Positions 27,425-36,967 of a DNA stretch of 50,583 nt are shown piece by piece (the first letter of the stretch is position 1; each line of letters starts with the position of its first letter). The position numbers and the translations under genes were made by a program. Under the pieces are notes generated by a model. That model ran no database searches and was not told the origin of the DNA. It saw only the letters and a program-made list of their open reading frames with translations. This stretch comes from a virus (Duplodnaviria > Caudoviricetes), in the IMG/VR virus record IMGVR_UViG_3300027653_000015, positions 1-50,583 of that record; one strand, 5' to 3'.

Positions 27425-27679
27425 ATGGCGCAGGAGACTTCTAGCATGGAGACGGAGGCGCAGGCCACTTATCGGGAAACTGTCACGTATCCCTGGGAGG
27501 ACTTGCCGGTGCGTATGACCGAGAGCCAGTACGGAGAAAACACTCCGACGCGGAAATACGAGTGCGCACATCCGAACTGTCCGGGATTTAAGGTGCGGGC
27601 GATAGTGGATCCGAAGAGACAGCCAAAACTTGAAAAAATGGTAAAAGAACACGCAGAAATGTGTCGGAAAATGCGATAG
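27425..27679 (+). CDS. hypothetical protein
   Basis: 84 aa; C..PNC...H...C. Confidence 0.5.
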   Translation: MAQETSSMETEAQATYRETVTYPWEDLPVRMTESQYGENTPTRKYECAHPNCPGFKVRAIVDPKRQPKLEKMVKEHAEMCRKMR

Positions 27680-27912
27680 TCGGGACCGCTGAACCTGGAA
27701 CCGAAACCGGATCTCTACTGCAAAAGTATCGCCCTGGGGGATACAAACGCAGTAAGGATCCGGTTTTTCTGTGCCCAACCGATCTCTAAACGGCGATTAG
27801 CGGGCCGATCAGGCACTGACCCTACCTAGGACACCTAACCACCCTGAAACCCGCTCAAAAGCGCTTCCAGGCACCGAAACGACTTGCATTAGAGGGGGAG
27901 GACCGTAGTACG

Positions 27913-28200
27913 GTGTCAGATATGGTTCTCAAAGTCGAAAAATTGCCTGCGCTGCCTTGCCCGGAATGCCGGGGAAGAGGCGCGGGAGGAGGTGCTCGGA
28001 TAGGGAACAGTAGGAGCACTTGCACGACCTGCAACAACTTCGCGCAGAACGTTTTACGTCTCACTAGAAAACGTCTGATGGAACGGTTCCCGGAGGAGTA
28101 TCAGGAGTTACGACTAAGGACCGAATTGGATCTCTACCCGCAAGTCATTGAAGATTGGGCGGCTCGGAAATACTGGAACGAGGACAACGATGCAGAATAA
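27913..28200 (+). CDS. hypothetical zinc-binding protein
   Basis: CPEC...CTTC; overlaps the first glycosyltransferase. Confidence 0.6.
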   Translation: MSDMVLKVEKLPALPCPECRGRGAGGGARIGNSRSTCTTCNNFAQNVLRLTRKRLMERFPEEYQELRLRTELDLYPQVIEDWAARKYWNEDNDAE

Positions 28201-28924
28201 ATCGGCGGAACTTCCGACGCTGCATTTGATGTGGCTTCCGGGACACAATTATTTTCGAGACCGGAACGCAGCGAAGTGGATTACCGGAAAATATTTTTCA
28301 GGAAAAGTTTGCGTCCATGCGGATCGGGAACGAAAAGGCAATGGCTGGAACCATCGGCAGATAGTTCAGTGTGCTTTGCAAGACGGGAAAGCCTGGAGTT
28401 TAGTGATTCAGGACGACGCGATACCTTGCGCAGGGTGGGAAGATCATCTGAAACGAGTTCAGGAAACCGCAGTGCAGCCCTTCGTTAGATTATATTTTCC
28501 GGGCAACTACGGGAAAGCCCTAGCAGATAAAGGCGTTCCGTATGGCTACAGCAAAGAATCCACGGCAGCGGTAGCGGCGCTATTCGAGCGCGAGAATTTG
28601 AAAAACTACGCTCGGTTTACGGTAGAAGTGGAGCGCGAGTTCCCGGGGTTTTTCTATAAATGGGATGACATTCTTATAGAGATATACAACATGGTGGCGG
28701 GAACCTATTCGGCGATTACGGCAAGAAACTTGGTGCGCTTATTGGACGTACCTTCGACGCTAGGAAATCCGCCAGCACGCGATCCCGACTTCACGATAGA
28801 GGACCCGGGACCCGAATGGGAAGCAGAACCTCGGGAAAGATCGGCAGGACTGTATCCCGGGGACCGGACCAGATTCCAGCCGATACTGGAACGAATGCGG
28901 GAGATCTGGAGCGGGAAACAGTGA
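28190..28924 (+). CDS. putative glycosyltransferase (GT-A-like), paralog 1
   Basis: HADRE..G.WNH, LVIQDDA, WDD and PSTLG motifs. Confidence 0.6.
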   Translation: MQNKSAELPTLHLMWLPGHNYFRDRNAAKWITGKYFSGKVCVHADRERKGNGWNHRQIVQCALQDGKAWSLVIQDDAIPCAGWEDHLKRVQETAVQPFVRLYFPGNYGKALADKGVPYGYSKESTAAVAALFERENLKNYARFTVEVEREFPGFFYKWDDILIEIYNMVAGTYSAITARNLVRLLDVPSTLGNPPARDPDFTIEDPGPEWEAEPRERSAGLYPGDRTRFQPILERMREIWSGKQ

Positions 28925-29703
28925 GCGACTTCAAGTGGCCGACGATGCACATAATGACCGTTCCGGGGAGCGACTCGCGGCGGGATGCGCTAGTGCAGTG
29001 GTGGCAAAAGTCTGGGGAGTATCCGGGGCGAGTATGCCTCCATGCGGATCCGGAACGGCGGGGAGTGCTTTGGAACCATGTCGGGATCCTAGAATGCGCT
29101 CTGCGCGGCGATCAGGGGGCAGGCTGGGCAATGACTATGCAGGACGATGTAAAGCCGCTTACGGGCTGGCTGGAGGCCTTAAAGCAGGTAATGCAGCACG
29201 CACCGGCGCCGTTCGTGAGTCTGGGTCACCTGGCGAAATACGGCAAGAGGCTAGTGGGGCGCGGGATCCCGTTCGGGGTCGGGGTAAACGCGATGTGGGG
29301 ACAGGCGATGCTGATCCACTTCGATGTTCTGGAGCCCTACCTGGATTTGGCGAAAACGATGCAGCACATAAATCCGAAAAAATATCGCAACTGGGACGAC
29401 TACTTGCCGACGATTTTCAATTTAATTTACGGGACCGAAGCGGCATTCACCAGCAGGGCTCTGGTGGAGCATCAGGACTGGGAATCCACGCTAGGACACG
29501 TTCCGGGACTGTGGAGACGGGCAGCCGCGACCATACGGCACGCCGGACCTCCTTGGGATGCGGTTCCACGAAGCGGGAGAGGCGCGCCGGGAGTGGAGCG
29601 GAAACACCGGGACGCGGCATCGATGGTTCAAGGGTATTGGGAACAAGAGTTAGGCATTAACGATCCGGCTGTCGGAGAAAAGGTAAAGAAGTGGATATCG
29701 TGA
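28921..29703 (+). CDS. putative glycosyltransferase (GT-A-like), paralog 2
   Basis: HADPE..GVLWNH, MTMQDDV, WDD and LVEH...STLGH motifs; GTGA overlap. Confidence 0.65.
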   Translation: MSDFKWPTMHIMTVPGSDSRRDALVQWWQKSGEYPGRVCLHADPERRGVLWNHVGILECALRGDQGAGWAMTMQDDVKPLTGWLEALKQVMQHAPAPFVSLGHLAKYGKRLVGRGIPFGVGVNAMWGQAMLIHFDVLEPYLDLAKTMQHINPKKYRNWDDYLPTIFNLIYGTEAAFTSRALVEHQDWESTLGHVPGLWRRAAATIRHAGPPWDAVPRSGRGAPGVERKHRDAASMVQGYWEQELGINDPAVGEKVKKWIS

Positions 29704-30305
29704 ACAAAGTTCGGGCAACGTCCCTGATGTATGACCTGCTCGCAAAAGATTACGACGGGCGGTACCTGGGTGAAAAGTTTCAGGCAGAAAACCGTCAAGT
29801 GTTTGAGTGGATCCGAGAAGGTCGCGGCGGAAAAATAGGCGCGCCTCGTGTGTTGGATCTGGGAGCCGGGACCGGACTAACCCTCGACATCGGAGTACTG
29901 GACGACGGAGACTTTCAGGACTACGTCGCGGTGGACCCTTCAGCGGGAATGTTGGAGCAGTTGCGCATGAAATATCCGGAAGTATCGAGGGTGTTTCCGC
30001 GAACGGCAGAAGATTTTCTGGAACAGAATCCGAACGAGATTGCGGAAATAGTGGTGAGCCTATTCGGATCTCCCTCACACATGCTGCCGGAAACAATTAC
30101 GGCTCTGCCGGGGCGGTGCATCGAGGCACTTGTACTAATGCACTACGCGGAAGGGTATTTTCCATACTTCTATGACGAAACAGTTATCCCGAACTGGTCG
30201 GAGAAAAGCCGGGAAGCAGCGCTAGCGCTATTGGAAAAATATCCAGGGAGAGTGGAGCATCTGGGAACGTTTCAGGTAGTGCTGATTGGAGAAAATTATG
30301 TCTAG
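29691..30305 (+). CDS. class I SAM-dependent methyltransferase
   Basis: VLDLGAGTG, VAVDPSAGML and SLFGS motifs. Confidence 0.88.
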   Translation: MDIVNKVRATSLMYDLLAKDYDGRYLGEKFQAENRQVFEWIREGRGGKIGAPRVLDLGAGTGLTLDIGVLDDGDFQDYVAVDPSAGMLEQLRMKYPEVSRVFPRTAEDFLEQNPNEIAEIVVSLFGSPSHMLPETITALPGRCIEALVLMHYAEGYFPYFYDETVIPNWSEKSREAALALLEKYPGRVEHLGTFQVVLIGENYV

Positions 30306-31482
30306 CACGCCGAAGCGCAGACCGATCCGGTACCGGCCTCGGTACAGCACTGGGTTAAACGTGTTTGACGCCGCGAAAGAACGGATCAAGTGGCTGTTCG
30401 ACGAGTTTGACGGGAACGTGGGAGTGTCCAATTCTGGGGGCAAGGACAGCACGGTGGTCCTGGAGTTGACGGTGCAGGTGGCGAAAGAACTTGGGGCAGG
30501 TCCGGTGCGGGCAGTGTTCCTCGATCAGGAATGTGAGTACGAATCCACTGTCAATTACCAGCGCTACATAATGAGTCGCAAGGATGAAATTAAGTTCGAC
30601 TGGTACCAGATCCCTTTCCGGATGTATAACGCTGGAAACTACGACAACCCGTGGCTCAGGGCGTGGGATCCGGACGAAGAATGGGTGCGGGATAAGGAGC
30701 CGGACAGCATTCACGAGAGCCCGTTCAAGACAGACCGTTTCTACACCCTGCTACGAGAGATAGGCAACGCCCACGAGGGGCAGGCACTATTGACCGGTAT
30801 CCGGATCGAGGAAAGCCCGAACCGTCGACTATCGAATGTGATCCGCCCGCAATATAAATGGGCAACATGGGCGTCGAGCGGGTACTCGCCGAAGCAGGGG
30901 CGGCTCCACTATAAGTTCAACCCGATTTACGACTGGACTTATAACGATGTCTGGAAGGCGATACACGACAACAACTGGGTCTATAACGAGCACTATGACC
31001 GCATGTATCACCGAGGTGTTCCGAAACGGAATATGCGGGTGAGCAACTACCATCACGAAACGGCCATGGCTTCCTTGATGGTGCTCCAGGAAACGGAGCC
31101 GGAGACATGGGAGCGGGCGACTCGGAGGCTGGAAGGCCTGAACGCGGTAACGCATATCGGGTTGAAGGCCATGCCGCGCACGCTCCCCTACATGTTCACC
31201 TCGTGGACCGAGTACATGGAGCACGTGCGGGACAACCTGATCCCGGAAGCGGATCGGGCGACCTACACCGGCTACTTCAATGAACTGGTGCGGACCTTGC
31301 CAGAACTACCGGAGAGCGAGATCGCGAGGCAGGTGGCGCGCGCCATAGTGATTAACGATCTTTATGGAACGACGTTGGATAACTGGAAAAGCGTGATCGT
31401 TCATCCCGACTCGCTGAAACGCTGGCAAGAACGAAAAGAACAAGAAGATCGCTGGAAACAACTACGGGAGCGCGCATCATGA
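30298..31482 (+). CDS. IbrA-like PAPS reductase / PP-loop family protein
   Basis: SGGKDS PP-loop, FLDQE, GIRIEES..R, PIYDW...DVW and MRVS motifs. Confidence 0.85.
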   Translation: MSSTPKRRPIRYRPRYSTGLNVFDAAKERIKWLFDEFDGNVGVSNSGGKDSTVVLELTVQVAKELGAGPVRAVFLDQECEYESTVNYQRYIMSRKDEIKFDWYQIPFRMYNAGNYDNPWLRAWDPDEEWVRDKEPDSIHESPFKTDRFYTLLREIGNAHEGQALLTGIRIEESPNRRLSNVIRPQYKWATWASSGYSPKQGRLHYKFNPIYDWTYNDVWKAIHDNNWVYNEHYDRMYHRGVPKRNMRVSNYHHETAMASLMVLQETEPETWERATRRLEGLNAVTHIGLKAMPRTLPYMFTSWTEYMEHVRDNLIPEADRATYTGYFNELVRTLPELPESEIARQVARAIVINDLYGTTLDNWKSVIVHPDSLKRWQERKEQEDRWKQLRERAS

Positions 31483-32168
31483 AACGGACGCAGGACAGCC
31501 TAGAAAAGTCGGGGGCAGACAAGGACACGCGGGAGACCTACGAGCGCGTTAACGCTCTAATTGCCGAGGCCTACGACCTATTGCAGGAGGTGCAGGACAG
31601 CCCGAACCCCGTGGGGCGCGTCCAATGGCTCCCCATCGAGCAAGTACAGGCGAACGATTACAACCCGAACGCGGTAGCGCGGCAAGAAATGCAGTTGCTC
31701 TATACGTCGATATCGGAGGACGGCTACACCCAACCGGTGGTGGCGATTTGGGACGAAGAAGAACAGAAAGCCATAATCGTGGACGGTTACCATCGCTACA
31801 CCACGATGCGGAGATACGCCGATATCCACGGATCTACGCAGGGATACCTCCCGGTAGTGCTGATCGATAAGCCTATTGCGGACCGTATAGCCAGCACGGT
31901 GAGGCACAACCGCGCTCGCGGAAAACACTCGGTGCAAGGCATGGGCAGCCTAGTGTTTCAGATGCTGGAAGCAGGCGAGACCGATGCCGAAATATGCAAC
32001 AAACTCGGGCTGGAGGTCCAGGAACTGGTGCGATTGAAACACATCACCGGATATTCGAAACTATTTGCGGATGTCGAGTATTCGGAGGTAACGCTGGCAG
32101 ATACCCAACTAGAAGAAAAAGCAAAATACGCTCGGGAAAACCCGGGCGAGAAGATTCCGAGGTTCTGA
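31479..32168 (+). CDS. IbrB-like ParB/Srx domain protein
   Basis: NDYNPN, DGYTQPVV, IVDGYHR and STVRHNRARGKH motifs. Confidence 0.85.
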   Translation: MKRTQDSLEKSGADKDTRETYERVNALIAEAYDLLQEVQDSPNPVGRVQWLPIEQVQANDYNPNAVARQEMQLLYTSISEDGYTQPVVAIWDEEEQKAIIVDGYHRYTTMRRYADIHGSTQGYLPVVLIDKPIADRIASTVRHNRARGKHSVQGMGSLVFQMLEAGETDAEICNKLGLEVQELVRLKHITGYSKLFADVEYSEVTLADTQLEEKAKYARENPGEKIPRF

Positions 32169-32755
32169 TGAAAAAAGCAACACTGGGCCGAACCGAGATG
32201 ACCCCCATCGATTCGATTAAACCGTACTGGCGCAACCCACGCCGGATCTCGGATGAAGCGATAGAGCAACTGGCCCACTCGATTCAAGAGTACGGCTACC
32301 AGCAACCACTCGTGGTGGACGAAAAAAATGTGCTGATAGTGGGTCACACGCGGTACGCCGCGATGCGGCGCCTAGGCGTGGAAACCGTGCAGGTAATGAT
32401 TGCCGACCACTTGACGCCGAAGCAGGTAAAACAGTTCCGGCTGATCGATAACCGCGCAGCGGAATACACCACGTGGGATCCGGAAGTTCTGGCGGAGCAA
32501 CTGGCGGCACTGGAAGATCCGGAACGGATCGGGGAGTTTTTCCCGGAAGCACTGGCGCAGGATGTGTTGGACGCGGAAGAAAATCTGGAGATAGATCTGG
32601 AAACTTTCGGGGAGGACGATGCGCAAGTGCTGGAGTTTATCTGCCCCTCGTGCTACTTCACTTGGGATGCGCGGGTGACCGGCATGGCGATGATGGCTGG
32701 ATTCATATCGAAGAATGACGCCGTAGAAGCGTCGGAAAGGGGCGAGGGTGCATAA
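32168..32755 (+). CDS. ParB N-terminal domain protein
   Basis: PYWRNPR, GYQQPLVVD, VGHTR, LIDNR; C-terminal CPSC. Confidence 0.8.
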   Translation: MKKATLGRTEMTPIDSIKPYWRNPRRISDEAIEQLAHSIQEYGYQQPLVVDEKNVLIVGHTRYAAMRRLGVETVQVMIADHLTPKQVKQFRLIDNRAAEYTTWDPEVLAEQLAALEDPERIGEFFPEALAQDVLDAEENLEIDLETFGEDDAQVLEFICPSCYFTWDARVTGMAMMAGFISKNDAVEASERGEGA

Positions 32756-33326
32756 GGACCGGGAGACGGCTCTAAGGCCGTCAGAAACGATTGTGGCGCG
32801 GCTGGAGGACCTATCTGCCTACGAGGGCAACCCGCGAGTGATCAGTGAGGAAGCGGTGGCGAAAGTCCGGAAGAGCATCGAGATGTACGGATACAACCAG
32901 CCCATCGTGGTGGATCCGCAGGGCGTGGTGGTGGTAGGTCACACGCGGCTTCGGGCACTGCAAGAAATGGGCGTGGAAGAAGTTGAGGTCTACGTGTCGC
33001 CGCTATCGGATGAAAAGAACAACGAATACCGGCTAGTCGATAACCGGACGGGCGAAACCAGCCGCTGGGACCATGAAACTCTGGTGATGGAACTACGAGA
33101 ACTGGACGACGAATTACGGGACGAATATTTTCCGAATATTGATCTGGAGGTGAGCGCCCTTGGGGCAGTTGAGGTCACCGATGCGGACGTCGAACGGGTG
33201 GCTAAGGAGATGGCGAAAATGCCTGACGCGCCCTACGTTCCGATGACGCAGATCGAGTGCCCTCAGTGTGACGAAGTTTTTGAGGTGGAATCGTCTAGCC
33301 TTCCTAGTTTCGGAGAGGCTGGCTAA
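32748..33326 (+). CDS. ParB N-terminal domain protein (paralog)
   Basis: YEGNPR, GYNQPIVVD, VGHTR, LVDNR; C-terminal CPQC. Confidence 0.8.
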   Translation: MHKDRETALRPSETIVARLEDLSAYEGNPRVISEEAVAKVRKSIEMYGYNQPIVVDPQGVVVVGHTRLRALQEMGVEEVEVYVSPLSDEKNNEYRLVDNRTGETSRWDHETLVMELRELDDELRDEYFPNIDLEVSALGAVEVTDADVERVAKEMAKMPDAPYVPMTQIECPQCDEVFEVESSSLPSFGEAG

Positions 33327-33337
33327 AGGAGTAACAG

Positions 33338-33880
33338 ATGGCTCGGCCCACTAATCAGGCGGAAGATGTGATTGCAGCGTTAGAAGAGGTTCCGGTGAGC
33401 CCTCGAAACAACCGGGTGGAGGTGACTAAGGCGCGGCGCGTGAAAGCAATATCGCTGGCCTTAGCGGGACTGAGTTATGCCCAAATAGGGGAACAACTGG
33501 AGATCTCGGAGACCGGCGCTCGGAACCTAGTGATGCGCACCCTTACGCAGGCCGAAAATCAGGCGGTGGACGAAAGGCGGGCGGTAGAGAATACGCGGCT
33601 GGACAGGGCGCAGGCAGCGATCTGGAGCCAGGTTCTGGAAGGCGACCATAAAGCCATATCGTCTTTCTTGCGGATAAGCGACCAGCGGGCGAAGATCAAC
33701 GGACTTTACGCACCGACAAACGTTAACCTCAATGTGTCGGTGAAGAACGAGATGGAAACAGCACTAGAAGAACTCGAAGCGCTAGTGCTGGACAACTTCC
33801 CTGAGATCGAGGGTACGGAAGATGCCGAAATAGTGAGGGACGACGATCCGGAGGGGGACAGCGATGCAGATGCTGAGTAG
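33338..33880 (+). CDS. HTH protein, probable terminase small subunit
   Basis: GLSYAQIGEQLEIS HTH and R.K..GL.AP motif; overlaps TerL. Confidence 0.65.
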   Translation: MARPTNQAEDVIAALEEVPVSPRNNRVEVTKARRVKAISLALAGLSYAQIGEQLEISETGARNLVMRTLTQAENQAVDERRAVENTRLDRAQAAIWSQVLEGDHKAISSFLRISDQRAKINGLYAPTNVNLNVSVKNEMETALEELEALVLDNFPEIEGTEDAEIVRDDDPEGDSDADAE

Positions 33881-35522
33881 GGAAGAGTTCCAGCGGCAGA
33901 TCGGGGAACTAAAAAAACTCGCGGCGAGGGCGGGCGATGAAGCCGAAGTCCGGGAGGTCACGAGCAAAATTGCCAGCATTACGAGACAATTCCGAATCCA
34001 GTCGGGGATAGGCCTGCCGACTACACCGCTAGCACAGGCGCTGGAACTAAAAGCGGACTACCGGATTAGACCTCACTTGCAGTTCTTGAGCGACCGGATC
34101 TCGAACGCGGTGAGGGATGTGGAGCGGGGTCAGGATCGAATGATGATGATTTCGATGCCTCCCCGGTCTGGTAAGACGCGGCTGGTCAGCCAGTTGACTC
34201 CGTTGTGGCTCTTGCGACGTCACCCGGAATGGGAGATTGTTCTGACATCTTTCGATGGGGAACTATCGGGGGGATGGGCGCGGGACTTGCGCAGGCAGAT
34301 AGAGAGCAATCCGGGGCTCGGGGTAGCGCTGGAGCGGGACGGCGGAAAAGGGTCGAGTTGGCGGACGCTAGAAGGCGGGGGGATGTACAGTACGTCGTTA
34401 CCGGGCGGTTCTTTAATTGGACGCGGGGCGCGGGTGCTGATTATTGACGACCCGGTAAAAGACTTCGTGGACGCGCACTCTAAGAAGAATCGGGACCGCA
34501 TATGGAATTGGTGGCTGTCTACTTCCCACTCGCGGCTGGAGACCCCGTTCTTGGTGCTGGTAGTCATGACCCGCTGGCACGAAGATGATTTCGTGGGGCG
34601 TCTCTTGAGCAACGACTATCCGGGCAACCCGAAACACTGGGAGAAAATTATTCTGCCCGCTTTCGCAGGCGAGGATGATCCGATAGGAAGATCCCCGGGG
34701 GAGCCACTAATATCCCCGCTTCGGGACGAAACCAAAAACGAGGCCACGGCGCGGTGGGAAGGCATAAGTCAGTCCGTGGGGACCTACACGTTTTCTGCGA
34801 TGTATCAGCAGCGACCCGCTCCGGCGAAGGGCGCGATATTTGATAGCGGCTGGTGGAAGTTCTGGACGATTGACCCTTCCCGGGAGACCGAGGACGGGCG
34901 CACCGTTTACTTGGATCCGGGGCTACTCACTAACGGCAAGTGGATAGATTCTTGGGACTGTGCTTTCGATTCTTCTAAGGAAGGGTCCAGCGGCTGGGTA
35001 GTGGGTCAGCGCTGGGTACGGAACCAGGCGAACAGGTATCTGGTGGATCAGCGACGCGGGCGCTGGAGTTTCACGGAGACACTGGAACAGATGCGCATAT
35101 GGGCGCAGGACGACGATCCGAGACGATCCCCTTATGGCCATTTGGTTCACCGCCGTTTGATTGAGAAGAAGGCCAACGGCGCGGCAATAATCAACACGCT
35201 TCAGGAAGAAATTAGCGGCATGGTTCCGATAAACCCGACCGACTCGAAGGAAGCGCGAGCGCGAGCAATCACGCCGGAAATCGAGAGCGGAAATGTGTAC
35301 CTGCCTCATCCCGGGGATCCGGGCAACGAATGGGTGAACGACCTACTCTCGGAGTTGCGCAACTTCCCGCACGACGTGGCAGACGATCAGGTAGACACTC
35401 TGACGCAGGCGCTGGCCGACTTGCGGACATCGGGGCGGGGGCGGGTGACAGTGCCGCAAGGACTCGTCTCTCGGAACTACTCTCCTGCCGCAAAGATCTC
35501 GCAGCGACGTATAGCCAGATAG
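33864..35522 (+). CDS. terL: terminase large subunit
   Basis: MPPRSGKT, LIIDDPVK, MTRWHEDD, YQQRP, IEKKANG and DDQVD motifs. Confidence 0.93.
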   Translation: MQMLSREEFQRQIGELKKLAARAGDEAEVREVTSKIASITRQFRIQSGIGLPTTPLAQALELKADYRIRPHLQFLSDRISNAVRDVERGQDRMMMISMPPRSGKTRLVSQLTPLWLLRRHPEWEIVLTSFDGELSGGWARDLRRQIESNPGLGVALERDGGKGSSWRTLEGGGMYSTSLPGGSLIGRGARVLIIDDPVKDFVDAHSKKNRDRIWNWWLSTSHSRLETPFLVLVVMTRWHEDDFVGRLLSNDYPGNPKHWEKIILPAFAGEDDPIGRSPGEPLISPLRDETKNEATARWEGISQSVGTYTFSAMYQQRPAPAKGAIFDSGWWKFWTIDPSRETEDGRTVYLDPGLLTNGKWIDSWDCAFDSSKEGSSGWVVGQRWVRNQANRYLVDQRRGRWSFTETLEQMRIWAQDDDPRRSPYGHLVHRRLIEKKANGAAIINTLQEEISGMVPINPTDSKEARARAITPEIESGNVYLPHPGDPGNEWVNDLLSELRNFPHDVADDQVDTLTQALADLRTSGRGRVTVPQGLVSRNYSPAAKISQRRIAR

Positions 35523-35544
35523 CGGGTGGCGTACCTCCCGACAG

Positions 35545-35564
35545 TGTGCTACTATTAAGACACA
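35545..35564 (+). promoter_or_regulatory. TGTG-N12-CACA promoter/operator, copy 6
   Basis: TGTGc TACTAT taaga CACA. Confidence 0.85.
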
Positions 35565-35584
35565 ACATCAGCCAGGAGGACAAA

Positions 35585-35890
35585 ATGACTGACCAAAATA
35601 CTCCCAAGCAGATCGAACTGACCGTCGATGGTTTCCTGATGCAGGCCGAGGCCATGGGGGGACTCGCTTCCTCTGAGGAGGATCTGCGCACCGCTATCTA
35701 CGTTATCGACCTAGTCCACGATGGCCTGGATGCTTCGGAGATTCTGGACTTTTTGATTAAGCGGGAAGAAGTCTGCCGCGGATTCGGTGCCGTGGAGGAA
35801 GCCGACGCGATCCGGACACTGGTGTTCGAGGCGCTGGCAGATGGCGTGGCAGTTGACCGACGTCAAGCGGAGTTGCGCACCTCAATGTAG
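35585..35890 (+). CDS. hypothetical protein (cassette)
   Basis: Starts at GGAGGACAAAATG. Confidence 0.7.
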   Translation: MTDQNTPKQIELTVDGFLMQAEAMGGLASSEEDLRTAIYVIDLVHDGLDASEILDFLIKREEVCRGFGAVEEADAIRTLVFEALADGVAVDRRQAELRTSM

Positions 35891-35910
35891 TGTGGTATGA
35901 TTGAGACACA
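35891..35910 (+). promoter_or_regulatory. TGTG-N12-CACA promoter/operator, copy 7
   Basis: TGTGg TATGAT tgaga CACA. Confidence 0.85.
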
Positions 35911-35930
35911 TACCAACACAGGAGGACAAA

Positions 35931-36296
35931 ATGAACGAGACACTCAGCACCGAAAACCTGGAGCGCGTCTACAAGGACCTGGAACTATCGGTCCGCGTCC
36001 ACACGGCCGCGAGTGCTCTGATGCTCCGGGAGATCTCGGAACTGGCGATGCAAGGGGTCTACACTCCCGACGTGCTGGTGCGGGAGATGCAGGCGCAATC
36101 CACCCGGAATCTGCTCTGGAAGCAGGTCGGCACCCTGCTGAGGGACATGGACCTCAGCGCGCTCTGGAACGTGGCAACTCCGGTGCTGAAAACTCACCTG
36201 AACGATACGGAACATATCCTGGTCGAGGGGGTTCAGCGCAGCGTGCGGGGAACCATCAAAGCCGCTCTGGAGCGCGAATACTCCTTGGAGGGGTAA
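35931..36296 (+). CDS. hypothetical protein (cassette)
   Basis: Starts at GGAGGACAAAATG. Confidence 0.7.
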   Translation: MNETLSTENLERVYKDLELSVRVHTAASALMLREISELAMQGVYTPDVLVREMQAQSTRNLLWKQVGTLLRDMDLSALWNVATPVLKTHLNDTEHILVEGVQRSVRGTIKAALEREYSLEG

Positions 36297-36354
36297 ACGT
36301 AGGGGAGCAGCGTCCCCGGCCCTTCTAGGGCACTAGAGAGAATGAGAGGCACGC

Positions 36355-36636
36355 ATGAGTAGGAAACGAGCGACCGTCCGGAAACTGGAACTACTCAAGG
36401 AGTACGCCGCGCACGTGGGGGTCGAGGAGATCAACCCTGGCTACCCTTTTCGGGGACTTCGAGTTATGAGCGCTTCCGGAATGGTCTGGCTAGGCGGGGA
36501 GAGCAGGGACCAGCGACGGGTCACGCACTTCTACATGGCTAAAAACCATTGGGAACTTGGAGTATTTATCGACGGGATTCTGGCCGGAATGCGCGCCAAC
36601 CACCTCGATAAAGAGATCGACGGATCGGAGGGATGA
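36355..36636 (+). CDS. hypothetical protein
   Basis: 93 aa; GA-rich leader. Confidence 0.6.
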   Translation: MSRKRATVRKLELLKEYAAHVGVEEINPGYPFRGLRVMSASGMVWLGGESRDQRRVTHFYMAKNHWELGVFIDGILAGMRANHLDKEIDGSEG

Positions 36637-36959
36637 CGATGTTCGATGACGAAAAAGACGCTATAGAGTTCTTGCGGAATGTCATGCCCGATTCCCCTGG
36701 TCCGGATACCGAACTTTGCCCGGAGTTGGAAAAGTTTTTCTTAGGAATGATGGAGGCCGCCTCCGAGATTATTCACGTGAAGGTGCAGCGCGGAATTATC
36801 TCTAAGTTCCCGCATCCGGAAGCGATACTTCTAGCGGTCTACGAGTTGGCCGAGGAACTACTCCGGGAGGCCCTAGAGGATGGATCCGACGCCTTCGTTA
36901 TAGATATGCTGGCAGCATTCAGTGCGCAGCGGATCTTCGAGGAGAACGCTTCAAAGTGA
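36633..36959 (+). CDS. hypothetical acidic protein
   Basis: ATGA overlap; GGAGG RBS. Confidence 0.6.
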   Translation: MTMFDDEKDAIEFLRNVMPDSPGPDTELCPELEKFFLGMMEAASEIIHVKVQRGIISKFPHPEAILLAVYELAEELLREALEDGSDAFVIDMLAAFSAQRIFEENASK

Positions 36960-36967
36960 CCTAAAGC

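Noticed and set aside
27677-27830. Stop-codon readthrough or recoding after TAG 27677
   Set aside because: The downstream frame shows no recognisable motif, TAG is a normal stop elsewhere, and I saw no suppressor tRNA.
29691-30305. Methyltransferase as a classical DNA adenine or cytosine methylase
   Set aside because: It has only class I SAM-binding motifs; there is no DPPY/NPPY or C5-type PC catalytic motif.
31479-33326. ParB genes as a plasmid-prophage partition system
   Set aside because: No ParA is present, and these are ParB/Srx N-terminal domains in an IbrA/methylase context.
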